32,000 bases of DNA from Longivirga aurantiaca. Lineage in GTDB: Bacteria; Actinomycetota; Actinomycetes; S36-B12; CAIYMF01. A program made the position numbers and the translations under genes. This document shows positions 19,499-28,700 of the stretch, piece after piece (position 1 is the first letter of the stretch; each line of letters starts with the position of its first letter). The notes beneath the pieces are model-generated. The model worked only from the letters and a program-made list of their open reading frames with translations. It had not been told where the DNA came from and ran no database searches. Where the stretch lies: assembly GCF_042660085.1 (NCBI RefSeq), contig NZ_JBHSTI010000002.1, positions 600,001 to 632,000 of the forward strand. The letters are read 5' to 3'.

Positions 19499-20707
19499 TC
19501 AGCGGTGCACGGCGGCAGGCATGGACATCGCAGGCGCGAGGTCGCGCGCCGGTCCGGGCCGCCCGAAGTGCCAGCCCTGGCCGTAGTCGACGCCGTGCCG
19601 GCGGAGGGTCTCCGCGTCGTCCTCGGTCTCGACCCCCTCGGCGACGACGGCGGCTCCCGCAGCGTGCCCGAACTCCACGAGGGAGTGCACGAGGGTCGCG
19701 AGCACGTCGTCGTGGGTGAGGCCGTCCACGATCGACCGGTCGAGCTTGATGACGTCCGGCTTGGTCAGCACGATGTGGCGCAGCGAGGAGAAGCCCGCGC
19801 CGACGTCGTCGATGGCCAGGCGCATCCCCTTGGCGCGCAACGGCTCGAGGCCGTAGGCGAGCGCGTCGTAGTCCTCCACCTGGTCGTGCTCGGAGAGCTC
19901 GAGCAGCACCCGCTCGGCGTCCACCCGCTCGAGGAGGTCGAGGGTCTGGGGGAGCAGCAGCGTGGCGGGGGAGACGTTCATCGCCACGTAGCCGCCGACC
20001 TCGTCGAGGTGGTCCGCCGCGCGCTCGAGGGCGAGGAGCTCGAGCCGGTGCCCGATGCCGATGCTGTGCGCCTGGGCGAAGCACATGTCCGGGGCGAGCT
20101 CCCACTCGGCGGGGAAGCGCGACAGCGCCTCGGCGCCCACGCGAGCGCCGTCCGACAGCCGCACGATGGGCTGCAGCACCACGACCGGTCCGCCCGAGCG
20201 CATCAGGGGCAGCAGCCGGCTCTCGATCTCGTCGCGGACGACCTGCTCGCGCAGCTCCGGCTCGAGGATCACCGAGGCCGCCCGGGCGAGCACCTCCATG
20301 AGGGCCTGGTCGCGCTTGGTCAGCCCCTTGTCGGCCGTGAGCCCGGCCGCGCAGAGGGTGCCGTAGAGCGTCCCGTCCGAGAGCGTGACCGGGACGGAGA
20401 CGTAGCTGCGGATCCGCGGCAGCCTCGCCGCGGGCAGCCCCATGGCCCGGGGGTGCCGCGTGACGTCGGTGATGACGTGCGGGAGGTCGCCGTCGAGGAT
20501 CGCCTGGCAGAACGACGTGGCTTGCACCTGGGTCGAGCCCTCGCGGAAGAGCAAGGCCGCCGGCCCGCTGGCCTCGACCACCTCGAGGTGCTGGGTGGTG
20601 CCGTCGAGGCGCGACAGGAACGCCACCGAGAGGCGCAGCGAGTCCTTGGCGGTCTCGAGCAGCTCGGCGATCTGCTGGGCGGTGTCGGTACGACGGTGTC
20701 GGGCCAC
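19499..20707 (-). CDS. GAF-EAL protein, putative c-di-GMP phosphodiesterase
   Basis: VGAEALSRF, YVAMNVSP, ELSEHD, IDDVGAGFSSLRHI, IKLDRSIVDG, VVAEGVET motifs; N-terminal GAF-like region. GTG at 20707 preferred; frame opens to 20815. Confidence 0.88.
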   Translation of the reverse strand: MARHRRTDTAQQIAELLETAKDSLRLSVAFLSRLDGTTQHLEVVEASGPAALLFREGSTQVQATSFCQAILDGDLPHVITDVTRHPRAMGLPAARLPRIRSYVSVPVTLSDGTLYGTLCAAGLTADKGLTKRDQALMEVLARAASVILEPELREQVVRDEIESRLLPLMRSGGPVVVLQPIVRLSDGARVGAEALSRFPAEWELAPDMCFAQAHSIGIGHRLELLALERAADHLDEVGGYVAMNVSPATLLLPQTLDLLERVDAERVLLELSEHDQVEDYDALAYGLEPLRAKGMRLAIDDVGAGFSSLRHIVLTKPDVIKLDRSIVDGLTHDDVLATLVHSLVEFGHAAGAAVVAEGVETEDDAETLRRHGVDYGQGWHFGRPGPARDLAPAMSMPAAVHR

Positions 20708-20948
20708 GACTACTTGTCGGCCGAACCGGGTGTGTCCTGAACCCCTCGGACGGCCCCGCTGCGGTGACGCTCCGCAGTCCGATGGCTGAGGTGAGCGCTC
20801 CCACGGTGCGTTCACGTGACCCTCCGTGCAACTCGTGCAACGAGCATCACCGCAGGTCGTACAACCTTGAAGGACAAGGGATCGCGGAGTTCACACATAT
20901 GTTGCAGCAACGACTCGCAACACTTGCAGGGTGTGCGTTAGCGTCGCG

Positions 20949-20979
20949 TCAGCAGCCCGTCCGGGGGGGCGGTAGCTGA
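20949..20979 (+). promoter_or_regulatory. Predicted two-tier hairpin immediately upstream of the Shine-Dalgarno of the 64-aa ORF
   Basis: TCAGC (20949-20953)/GCTGA (20975-20979) enclosing CCGTCC (20957-20962)/GGGCGG (20967-20972); SD GGGGAGG at 20982-20988. Confidence 0.35.
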
Positions 20980-20993
20980 TCGGGGAGGCTCTC

Positions 20994-21188
20994 ATGGATG
21001 CACGGATCGACCTCGGGCTCGACCACGAGCACGCGTTCTTCGCGCACGAGGACCCGCGGTACCTCATCTGCGCGTGCGGGCAGTACGCCGTCCGCACCCG
21101 CGACATGATCGGCCAGTCGTCGGTGCGTCTCATCGAACCGCCGCAGCCGGTGCTGCGGCTCGACACCAAGCTCGCCCAGTCGGCCTGA
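20994..21188 (+). CDS. Small hypothetical protein, 64 aa
   Basis: Strong SD GGGGAGG with 5-nt spacing; MDARIDLGLDHEHAFFAHEDPRYLICACGQYAVRTRDMIGQSSVRLIEPPQPVLRLDTKLAQSA. Confidence 0.7.
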   Translation: MDARIDLGLDHEHAFFAHEDPRYLICACGQYAVRTRDMIGQSSVRLIEPPQPVLRLDTKLAQSA

Positions 21189-21464
21189 TCAGACCTCGGC
21201 GCGCGGGCCGCTCTTCGGGCGGCGCAGCCCGGCCGCGGTCAGGCGCGCCACGAGGTCGCGCGAGGTGACGAGCTCGGCGCCCGCCTCGAGCGCGAGCGGG
21301 TGCAGGTGCTCGGGGATGTCGTAGTGGTCGCGCTCGAACCCGCGCCGGGGCACGCCCAGGCCCTCGGCGAAGCTGTGGAGTTCGTCGTACGACACGTCGC
21401 TCACCATGTGGCCCCACCACCGCTCGCGGTGCCACCACTTCGGCGGGTCGATGAGGATGGCCAC
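21189..21464 (-). CDS. DUF4031-like protein
   Basis: 91 aa from GTG at 21464: VAILIDPPKWWHRERWWGHMVSDVSYDELHSFAEGLGVPRRGFERDHYDIPEHLHPLALEAGAELVTSRDLVARL. Confidence 0.82.
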   Translation of the reverse strand: MAILIDPPKWWHRERWWGHMVSDVSYDELHSFAEGLGVPRRGFERDHYDIPEHLHPLALEAGAELVTSRDLVARLTAAGLRRPKSGPRAEV

Positions 21465-21502
21465 CGGGGCAGCGTACGGGGAGCGGCCGGACGCAGAGGT
21501 CG

Positions 21503-22894
21503 TCAGCTGCAGAGGTCGTCGGCGGCGGTGCGCGGCTTGTCGGCCGTGGCCGAGGGCGACGCGCTCACGACCTTCACCTTCTGCGCCGCCGTGTACGCCG
21601 AGCCGACCGTGATCTCGAACGTCGGGCCGAAGCCCTTCACCGCCACGAGCTTCGCACCCGGGAGCGACGCGGCGAGGGTCTTCACCGACTCGCTCCACTC
21701 GGAGTCGTAGCGGATCACGGTGGTCTCGCCGACGGTCGCCGGTGCATTGGCCGGCGTGCCGACCACGACGAAGCCGACGGCCGCGAGGTCGGTCGCGGCC
21801 GTGGCGCCGAGGCCCTGCACGTCGGTGCCGTTGAGCACCTTCACCCTGATCGTGCCGGGCGCGACCGTGACGGACTTCGCCGGCTTGGGCGAGACGAGCG
21901 GCTTGTCGTCGCGGATGGCCGCGAAGAGCTCGGCCGACTTGACCTTGTCCCAGATCAGCACGTCGCCGAGTTCGGCGTCGCGGACGTTGCCCGAGATCGG
22001 CACGGTGGTCATCGCGATGCGGCCCGGGCTGATGCCCTTGAACCGGTCGACGAGGTCGAGCATCTGGTCGGTGCCGAGCGAGTCGTCGGTCTTCATGCTG
22101 CTCGCGACCGCGGACAGGAAGTTGTCGACGGTGACCGGGTTGGTCAGGGTGCCGGCCGAGAGCGCCTTGCTCGCCATCGCCGCGACGAACTTCTGCTGGC
22201 GCTTCATGCGGCCGATGTCGGCTGTCGGGTCGATGTAGCGGGCGCGGACGTAGGCGAGCGCCTGGGCGCCGTTCACCGTCTGCTTGCCCGCGGGCAGGTC
22301 GAGGCCGGAGTTCTTGTCGGTCGTGGCCCTGGGCAGGCAGACCTCGACGCCCCCGAGCGCGTCGACCATGGTGAGGAAGCCCTGGAAGTTGATCTCGGCG
22401 TAGTGGTCGATCGTGATGCCGGTCATCTTCTCGACCGTCTCGACCATGAGCTTCGGGCCGCCGACGGCGTACGCGACGTTGAGCTTGCCGGCCCTCGAGC
22501 TGTGCCGCTTGCCCTCGCTGTCGGTGAAGGCGGGGATGGTGGCGCGGGTGTCGCGCGGGAGCGAGACGACGCTGATGCTCTGCCCGTCGCCGGACAGGTG
22601 CACGAGCATCATCGTGTCGGTGTGCTGGCCGTAGTCGTCGTAGCCGAGGTGCAGGGCCTTGCGCTGCTGGTACGACAGCCCGGCGCGGTCGTCGCTCGCG
22701 ACGACCAGCATCGTCAGCGGCTCGCCGTCCTCGAGGGCGCCGCCCGAGGTGCCGGCGTCGACCCTGATGATCTGGTTGCCGTAGCGGTTGGCCGCGGCCC
22801 AGCCCGCCCCGCTCGTCAGCAGGATCGCGACGGACGCCACCGTCGCGGCGACCCGGAGGCCGCGGCGCGGGCGTGCGGTGGGAGCAGAGCTCAT
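21503..22894 (-). CDS. LytR-CpsA-Psr (LCP) family protein with LytR C-terminal domain
   Basis: N-terminal TM, DDRAGL, HTDTMMLVHLSGDGQSISVVSLPRDTRATIP, ALAYVRARYIDPTADIGRMKRQQKFV; C-terminal VLNGTDVQGLGATAATDL. Confidence 0.93.
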   Translation of the reverse strand: MSSAPTARPRRGLRVAATVASVAILLTSGAGWAAANRYGNQIIRVDAGTSGGALEDGEPLTMLVVASDDRAGLSYQQRKALHLGYDDYGQHTDTMMLVHLSGDGQSISVVSLPRDTRATIPAFTDSEGKRHSSRAGKLNVAYAVGGPKLMVETVEKMTGITIDHYAEINFQGFLTMVDALGGVEVCLPRATTDKNSGLDLPAGKQTVNGAQALAYVRARYIDPTADIGRMKRQQKFVAAMASKALSAGTLTNPVTVDNFLSAVASSMKTDDSLGTDQMLDLVDRFKGISPGRIAMTTVPISGNVRDAELGDVLIWDKVKSAELFAAIRDDKPLVSPKPAKSVTVAPGTIRVKVLNGTDVQGLGATAATDLAAVGFVVVGTPANAPATVGETTVIRYDSEWSESVKTLAASLPGAKLVAVKGFGPTFEITVGSAYTAAQKVKVVSASPSATADKPRTAADDLCS

Positions 22895-22981
22895 GCGGGG
22901 AAGTCCTCGTCCGATCGACAGGGCCTGACCACGGTACGACGCACGGGGGCCCGTGCCGGTGCCGCAACGCCGGGGTCGAGT

Positions 22982-22996
22982 GACGTGACTCACGTC
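22982..22996. promoter_or_regulatory. 15-nt near-perfect palindrome in divergent gap, candidate operator
   Basis: GACGTGACTCACGTC: 7-nt arms around one central base, 29 nt upstream of the glycosyltransferase start. Confidence 0.35.
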
Positions 22997-23025
22997 GCTC
23001 CGGCGCCCCCTACGCTCGTCCCGAC

Positions 23026-24033
23026 ATGAGCGAGCAGACCCCTCCGCCCCCCGGCGTCTCCATCGTGGTGCCCGTCCTCGACGAGGAACGGCACCTCGAG
23101 GACGCCGTCGCGCGCCTGCTCGGCCAGCGCTACGACGGCCCGCTCGAGGTCGTGCTCGCGCTCGGACCGAGCACCGACGGCACCGACGGGATCGCCGCGC
23201 GGCTCGCGGCCGCCGACCCGCGGCTGCGGCTCGTGCCCAACCCCACCGGACGCACCCCGGCCGGCCTCAACGCGGCCATCGCCGCATCGACGTACGACAT
23301 CGTGGTGCGCTGCGACGGCCACGCGCTCGTGCCGGACGACTACGTCGCGATCGCGGTCGAGGTGCTGCAGCGCACCGGTGCCGACAACGTCGGCGGGATG
23401 ATGGCGGCCGAGGGCACGACGCCGTTCGAGCGCGCGGTGGCTGCGGCGATGACGTCCCGGCTCGGTGTCGGATCGGCGTCGTTCCACACCGGCGGGCAGG
23501 AGGGCGAGGCGCTCACGGTCTACCTCGGGGCCTTCCGCCGCTCGGCGATCGACCGGGTCGGCGGCTACGACGAGACGATGGTCCGCGCGCAGGACTGGGA
23601 GATGAACCACCGGATCCGCGAGAGCGGCGGCCTCGTCTGGTTCACCCCGGGCATGCAGGTGACCTATCGCCCGCGCAGCACGGTGAAGGCGCTCGCCCGT
23701 CAGTACCTCGAGTACGGCCGGTGGCGGCGCGAGGTGGTGCGCCGCTACCCCGACACCCTCAGCATGCGCTACCTGGCCGCGCCGGTCGCGGTGGCGGGCG
23801 TGGCCGTGGGGACGGTGGCGGGCGTGGCCGCGGCGGCCGGTGCGCCGTCGTGGCTGGCGCTGGGCTGGCTCGCGCCCGCGGGCTACGCCGCGCTCGTGAC
23901 GGTGGGCGGCGCGGCCGCGGCCCGGCACGAGGGCGTCGCGGTGGCCGCGCGGATGCCGCTGGTGCTCGCGACGATGCACGGCTCGTGGGGGTTCGGGTTC
24001 CTCACGTCGCCGCGCGACGTCGCCTCTAGCTGA
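23026..24033 (+). CDS. Glycosyltransferase family 2 (ExoA-like)
   Basis: VSIVVPVLDEERHLEDAVARLLGQRYDGPLEVVL...YDIVVRCDGHALVPDDYV...RAQDWEMNHRIRESGGLVWFTP, C-terminal hydrophobic segments. Confidence 0.92.
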   Translation: MSEQTPPPPGVSIVVPVLDEERHLEDAVARLLGQRYDGPLEVVLALGPSTDGTDGIAARLAAADPRLRLVPNPTGRTPAGLNAAIAASTYDIVVRCDGHALVPDDYVAIAVEVLQRTGADNVGGMMAAEGTTPFERAVAAAMTSRLGVGSASFHTGGQEGEALTVYLGAFRRSAIDRVGGYDETMVRAQDWEMNHRIRESGGLVWFTPGMQVTYRPRSTVKALARQYLEYGRWRREVVRRYPDTLSMRYLAAPVAVAGVAVGTVAGVAAAAGAPSWLALGWLAPAGYAALVTVGGAAAARHEGVAVAARMPLVLATMHGSWGFGFLTSPRDVASS

Positions 24034-25489
24034 CGCAGACGTTCTCGTCCGCGGGCTTGGCGGTGACGCCCGAGCTGGGCGACCCGGAGCCCGACGACTT
24101 GATGACGACGGTCTGCGTGCCCGTCCAGTCCTTGCCGATGGTCAGCGTGAGGACGTTGCCGCTGCCCGTGGCTGTGCGCTCGCCGGCCTTGGCCGCGAAC
24201 GCCAGCGTGCGGGCGGACTCGTCGTACTTCGGGTCGTAGTCGACCGTGGTGACGTCGAGGATCTTCGGGGCGGTGGCCACGCCGACGACCACGAAGCCCT
24301 GCGCGGCGAGCTGCTCCGCGGCCACGCGTGCCTGGCCGTCGACCCCGCTGCCGTTGAGGACCTTGACCCGGACCGCGGACGGCGCCGTCGTGAGGACCGC
24401 GCCGTCGAGCTTGGAGGCGCCGGGCGGGTAGGCGGTGTCGTTGATCATCGACTGCCAGATCGGGTCGGCCTTGGCGTCGTTCCACTCGATCGTGGCGCCG
24501 TCGCTGCGCGCGACCCAGGGGACGGTGACGAACTTGACCTTGGACGGTGTGAGCCCCTGCATCGACACGGCCAGGCCCGTGAGGTCGTCGACGGTGCCGA
24601 GGCCGGTGTCGACGGTGAGCGACTCGGACACCGAGACGAGGACGGAGTACAGCGTGCCGGCATCGGTGAGCAGGCTCTTGGACTGCACCTGCCGGATGAG
24701 AGCCGAGAGGAACACCTGCTGGCGGTCGATGCGCGAGAGGTCGCTGCCGTCGCCGAGGGTCTTGCGCGCCCGGGCGAAGGCGAGCGCCTGGGTGCCGTCG
24801 AGCACGTGCGTGCCGGCGTCGAGCTTGAGGCCGGAGAGGGGGTCGTCGACGGCCTCGGCCAGGCAGATCGGCACGCCGCCGACGGAGTCGACGACGGCCT
24901 GGAAGCCCTTGAAGTCCACCACCACGAAGTGGTCGATGCGCACGTCGGTCAGCGCCTCGACCGCGCGGATGGTGCAGCTCGGGCCGCCGGCGGAGAACGC
25001 CTCGTTGAACCGTCCGGTGACCGTGCTGGTGTCGCCGTCCTTGCACGAGGGGCGGGTCACCCAGGAGTCGCGGGGGATGCTCACCGCGAGCGCGCGCGAC
25101 CGGTCGGCCGACACGTGCAGCAGGATCGTGGTGTCGCTGTGGCCGTTGCCCGACGCCGTGGTGCCCGGGTTGCCGAAGTCGTCGCCCTGGCCGGTGCGGG
25201 TGTCCGTGCCCATCACGAGGATGTTGAGCGGCTCGTACTCGGTGGGATCGGTCGGCGCGGGCTTGGTCGGGCGGTTGGTGCCGGCCTGGATCTCCTGCTT
25301 GTCGATGTTGTCGTTGATGCCCTGCAGGCCGGCCCAGGCGACCGTGCTGCCGAGCGTGGCGACGACGGTGACCGCGGAGGCGACGGCGACGGCGATGCGC
25401 ACGGTCCGGTGGCCGTGGGCGCCGGCGATGCGGGACGCCTGCACCGGACGCGGGGTCTCCGCGGGCGCGCCGTCGTCGGGGGTGCTCAC
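24026..25489 (-). CDS. LytR-CpsA-Psr (LCP) family protein with LytR C-terminal domain
   Basis: NILVMGTDTRTGQGDDFG, HSDTTILLHVSADRSRALAVSIPRDSWV, ALAFARARKTLGDGSDLSRIDRQQVFLSAL; VLNGSGVDGQARVAAEQL. Confidence 0.94.
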   Translation of the reverse strand: MSTPDDGAPAETPRPVQASRIAGAHGHRTVRIAVAVASAVTVVATLGSTVAWAGLQGINDNIDKQEIQAGTNRPTKPAPTDPTEYEPLNILVMGTDTRTGQGDDFGNPGTTASGNGHSDTTILLHVSADRSRALAVSIPRDSWVTRPSCKDGDTSTVTGRFNEAFSAGGPSCTIRAVEALTDVRIDHFVVVDFKGFQAVVDSVGGVPICLAEAVDDPLSGLKLDAGTHVLDGTQALAFARARKTLGDGSDLSRIDRQQVFLSALIRQVQSKSLLTDAGTLYSVLVSVSESLTVDTGLGTVDDLTGLAVSMQGLTPSKVKFVTVPWVARSDGATIEWNDAKADPIWQSMINDTAYPPGASKLDGAVLTTAPSAVRVKVLNGSGVDGQARVAAEQLAAQGFVVVGVATAPKILDVTTVDYDPKYDESARTLAFAAKAGERTATGSGNVLTLTIGKDWTGTQTVVIKSSGSGSPSSGVTAKPADENVCVS

Positions 25490-25701
25490 CCGGTGATTCT
25501 ACGGGCGGTGTCGCGGGCGGACGTCCGGGAGCGGGTGCGTTCGGTTACCGGTCAGATTGCTACGAAAAGGGACAAAGCGGCCCGCTGAGTCCCATGAGGG
25601 CTCAAGAGTCACACGCATCACTCCGATGGGTGAAGCAGGAGGCGCGAGGAACAACCGACCGCGCGCCGCTGCCACCCCCGCCCCCACGGAGGCCCCCAGT
25701 C

Positions 25702-28700
25702 ATGCGTCGTGTCGCCGCCAGCGTCGCCGTGCTCCTCGCGGTGCCCGCCCTGATCGCCCTCCCGGTGGTCACGGGGCCGCAGGCGCAGATCCGGCCGGTG
25801 ACCCCGACGGTGGCGCACCTCGCGCTGACCGGCGTCGACCCCGTGGCGCTCGCGACCTCCCGCGCTCCCGACCCCGAGCACGACCACGGCCACGACGCGA
25901 TCGACGACGGCGCGGCGCCCGACGCTCCCGCGACCGAGGCAGCGCACGACGAGGCAGCGCACGACGAGGCAGCGCACGACGACGCTGCGCCGGCGAAGGT
26001 CGCCGCAACGCAGGCCCCGCACGCCGAGGAGCCGGAGCCCGGACCCGCCGTGCCGCTCGAGCCCGCCGCCGTCACGCCGCCCACCGACACCGCGCCGTTC
26101 TCGCTCGTGGCCGTGAGCTGGACCGGTGAGGCCCCGGCCGGCACCACGGTGCAGGTCCGCGTCCGCGAGAAGGACGGCGTCTGGACCGACTGGCAGGAGC
26201 TGGGCTCGGGCGCCGAGCACGGGCCCGACCCGGGCACCGCCGAGGCCGAGGCCGCGGGTCTGCGGCACGGCACCGACCCGCTGCTCACCGCCGGCGGGAG
26301 CGACGGCGTGCAGGTGCGCATCGACAGCCCCGGCGGCGTGCTTCCGGCCGACGCCTCGGTGTCGCTCGTCGACCCCAAGACCTCCGAGGCCGACGTCCTC
26401 GCCGCATCGACGCCGCCCGCGACGGCGGTAGCCGCGGGCGACCCGCTCAAGCCCTCGATCATCACGCGCGCCCAGTGGGGTGCGGACGAGTCGCTGCGGG
26501 GCAGCGCGCCGGTCTACACCGGCCCGATCAAGGTGGGCTTCGTCCACCACACGGCGTCGACCAACAACTACACCGCCGACACCGCCGCCGCGCAGGTGCG
26601 CGCCCTGTACGCCTACTTCACGCTGAGCCTCGGCTACAGCGACATCGCGTACAACTTCTTCGTCGACCGCTTCGGCCGGCTCTACGAGGGACGCGCCGGC
26701 GGCATGGACAAGAACGTGCTCGGCGGCCACACCGCGGGCTTCAACCAGAACACCTTCGCGGTCTCGGCACTCGGCAACTTCGACATCTACAAGCCGACCT
26801 CGAACGAGGGCACGGCGATGGCCACGGCGATGGCCCGCCTCCTCGCCTGGAAGCTCGCGCTCAACCACGCCGACCCGAGCGGTACGGCGTCGCTCGTCTC
26901 CAACAGCGGCGCCGGCACGTCGAAGTATGAGCCCGGCCAGACCGCGGTCGTGCCGGTGATCTCCGGGCACCGCGACATCGGCCTCACCGCCTGCCCCGGC
27001 CAGTACCTCGAGTCGTACCTCCCCAGCATCCGCACCCAGGCCAAGGCGTTCATGGGCACGCAGCTGCTCAACCCCGCGCTGGCGCCGTCGGTGTCGCCGT
27101 ACGCCGGGACGGGCGGCTCGATCAGCACGCGCGCCACGGGCGCGGTGTCGTGGAAGCTCGAGGTGTTCTCGCCCTGCCTCGCCACGCCCATCCGCACCGT
27201 CACCGGGAGCCTCGCCTCGGCGGGCACCGTCACGGCCACGTGGAACCAGCGCCGCGCCGACGGCAGCGCCGCACCCCCCGGCACCTACCGGATGGTGCTG
27301 TCGGCGACCGCGGGCGACGGGGTGCCCTACCCCGTGAGCAAGACCTTCGTCGTGACCGAGACGGCCACCTCGCCGCTCGGGCCGTGCACCCAGGTCGCCC
27401 GCGTCGCGGAGTCGGAGCGGTACGCCGCAGCCGTGCGCGTCGGTCGCATCGCCGCGCCGAGCTCGAAGGTCGTCGTCCTCGCCCCGGGCTCGGACGCGTA
27501 CGAGCCCGAGGCGCTCGTCGCGGCACCGCTCGCCGCCGCGAAGAAGGCGCCGCTTCTGCTCACCGGCACCGCGAGCGTGCCGGCCGCCGTCGTCACCGAG
27601 ATCAAGCGCCGCGGCGCCACCACGGCCTACGTCGTCGGCACGAGCACGCAGGTGTCGAGCGCTGTCATCACCCAGCTGAGGTCGCTCGGCGTCACCACGA
27701 TCACCCGCCTGTCGGGCACCACGCGCTCGGCCACCGCCACCGCGGTCGCCGGCGCGATGGGCCAGCGCACCAAGGCCGTGGTCGTGTCGTTCAGCAGCGG
27801 CTCGTCGTCCGACGTCAACGCTGCCGCATCGGCCGCGGCCGCGTCGCTCGACCGCCCGCTGCTCGTCGTGGCCCCGACCAGTGCGCCCGCCGTGACCCTC
27901 GCGGCGATGAAGACCCTCGGCATCACCTCGACCACGGTCGTCGGGTCGAGCACCGCGATCTCCGCCGCCGTCGTCACGGCGGTCAAGGGCACGCGGGTCA
28001 CCGGGTCGGACGCCGCCGCGACCTCGGTGGCTCTGCTCGCCGCGCTGGCGCCGTCGGCCACGAAGGTCTCGGCGCTGCCCACCGGCTCGGGCTACGGTCG
28101 GGCCGTGGCTGCCGGTGCTCGTCGTCCGCTCGTGCTCGGCGCGGGCGGCACCGCGGGCATCGCGCGGTGGCTCACCACCGCGACCGCCGTCCACGTGCTG
28201 GCCGTCGCCCCGACCGCGGTCTGGGCCGACTCGGCGCTGACGCCGATGGTCACCTCGATCACCTCGCGCACCGCGGCGCCGGCGCCCACGCCGACCCCGA
28301 CCACGACGCCCGCCCCGGCGACGGCGGCGGCCACGACCGTGACGCCCTCGGTGCCCACCGGCTTCGTGTTCAACGGCGCGGGCTACGGCCACGGCGTCGG
28401 CATGTCGCAGTACGGCGCCCGCGGCATGGCGCTCGAGGGGAAGACCGCCACCGAGATCGTCACGCACTACTACACCGGCACCACCGTCACGCCGGTGAAG
28501 GACGACGCCGCGATCCGCGTGAACCTCCTGCACCGGGCCACCAAGGCGCTCTTCCGGACCGAGGCGCTCACCACGGGCGGCGGCGGCATCGAGGTCACGC
28601 TGGCCGGCCAGGATCCCGAGCTCGGCACGTCGGCCGACATCTTCAGCGTCGTGCAGGCCGGCTCGTCGGTGACCGTCATCAAGACCCGGGGCACCGCGAC

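Noticed and set aside
20759-20777. CTGCGG/CCGCAG 6-bp inverted repeat upstream of the EAL gene
   Set aside because: Short GC-rich stems of this size are expected often by chance in this composition.
25936-25980. Tandem repeat as a possible CRISPR-like array
   Set aside because: Direct 15-bp units with no spacers, in frame and coding for EAAHD; a coding microsatellite-type expansion only.
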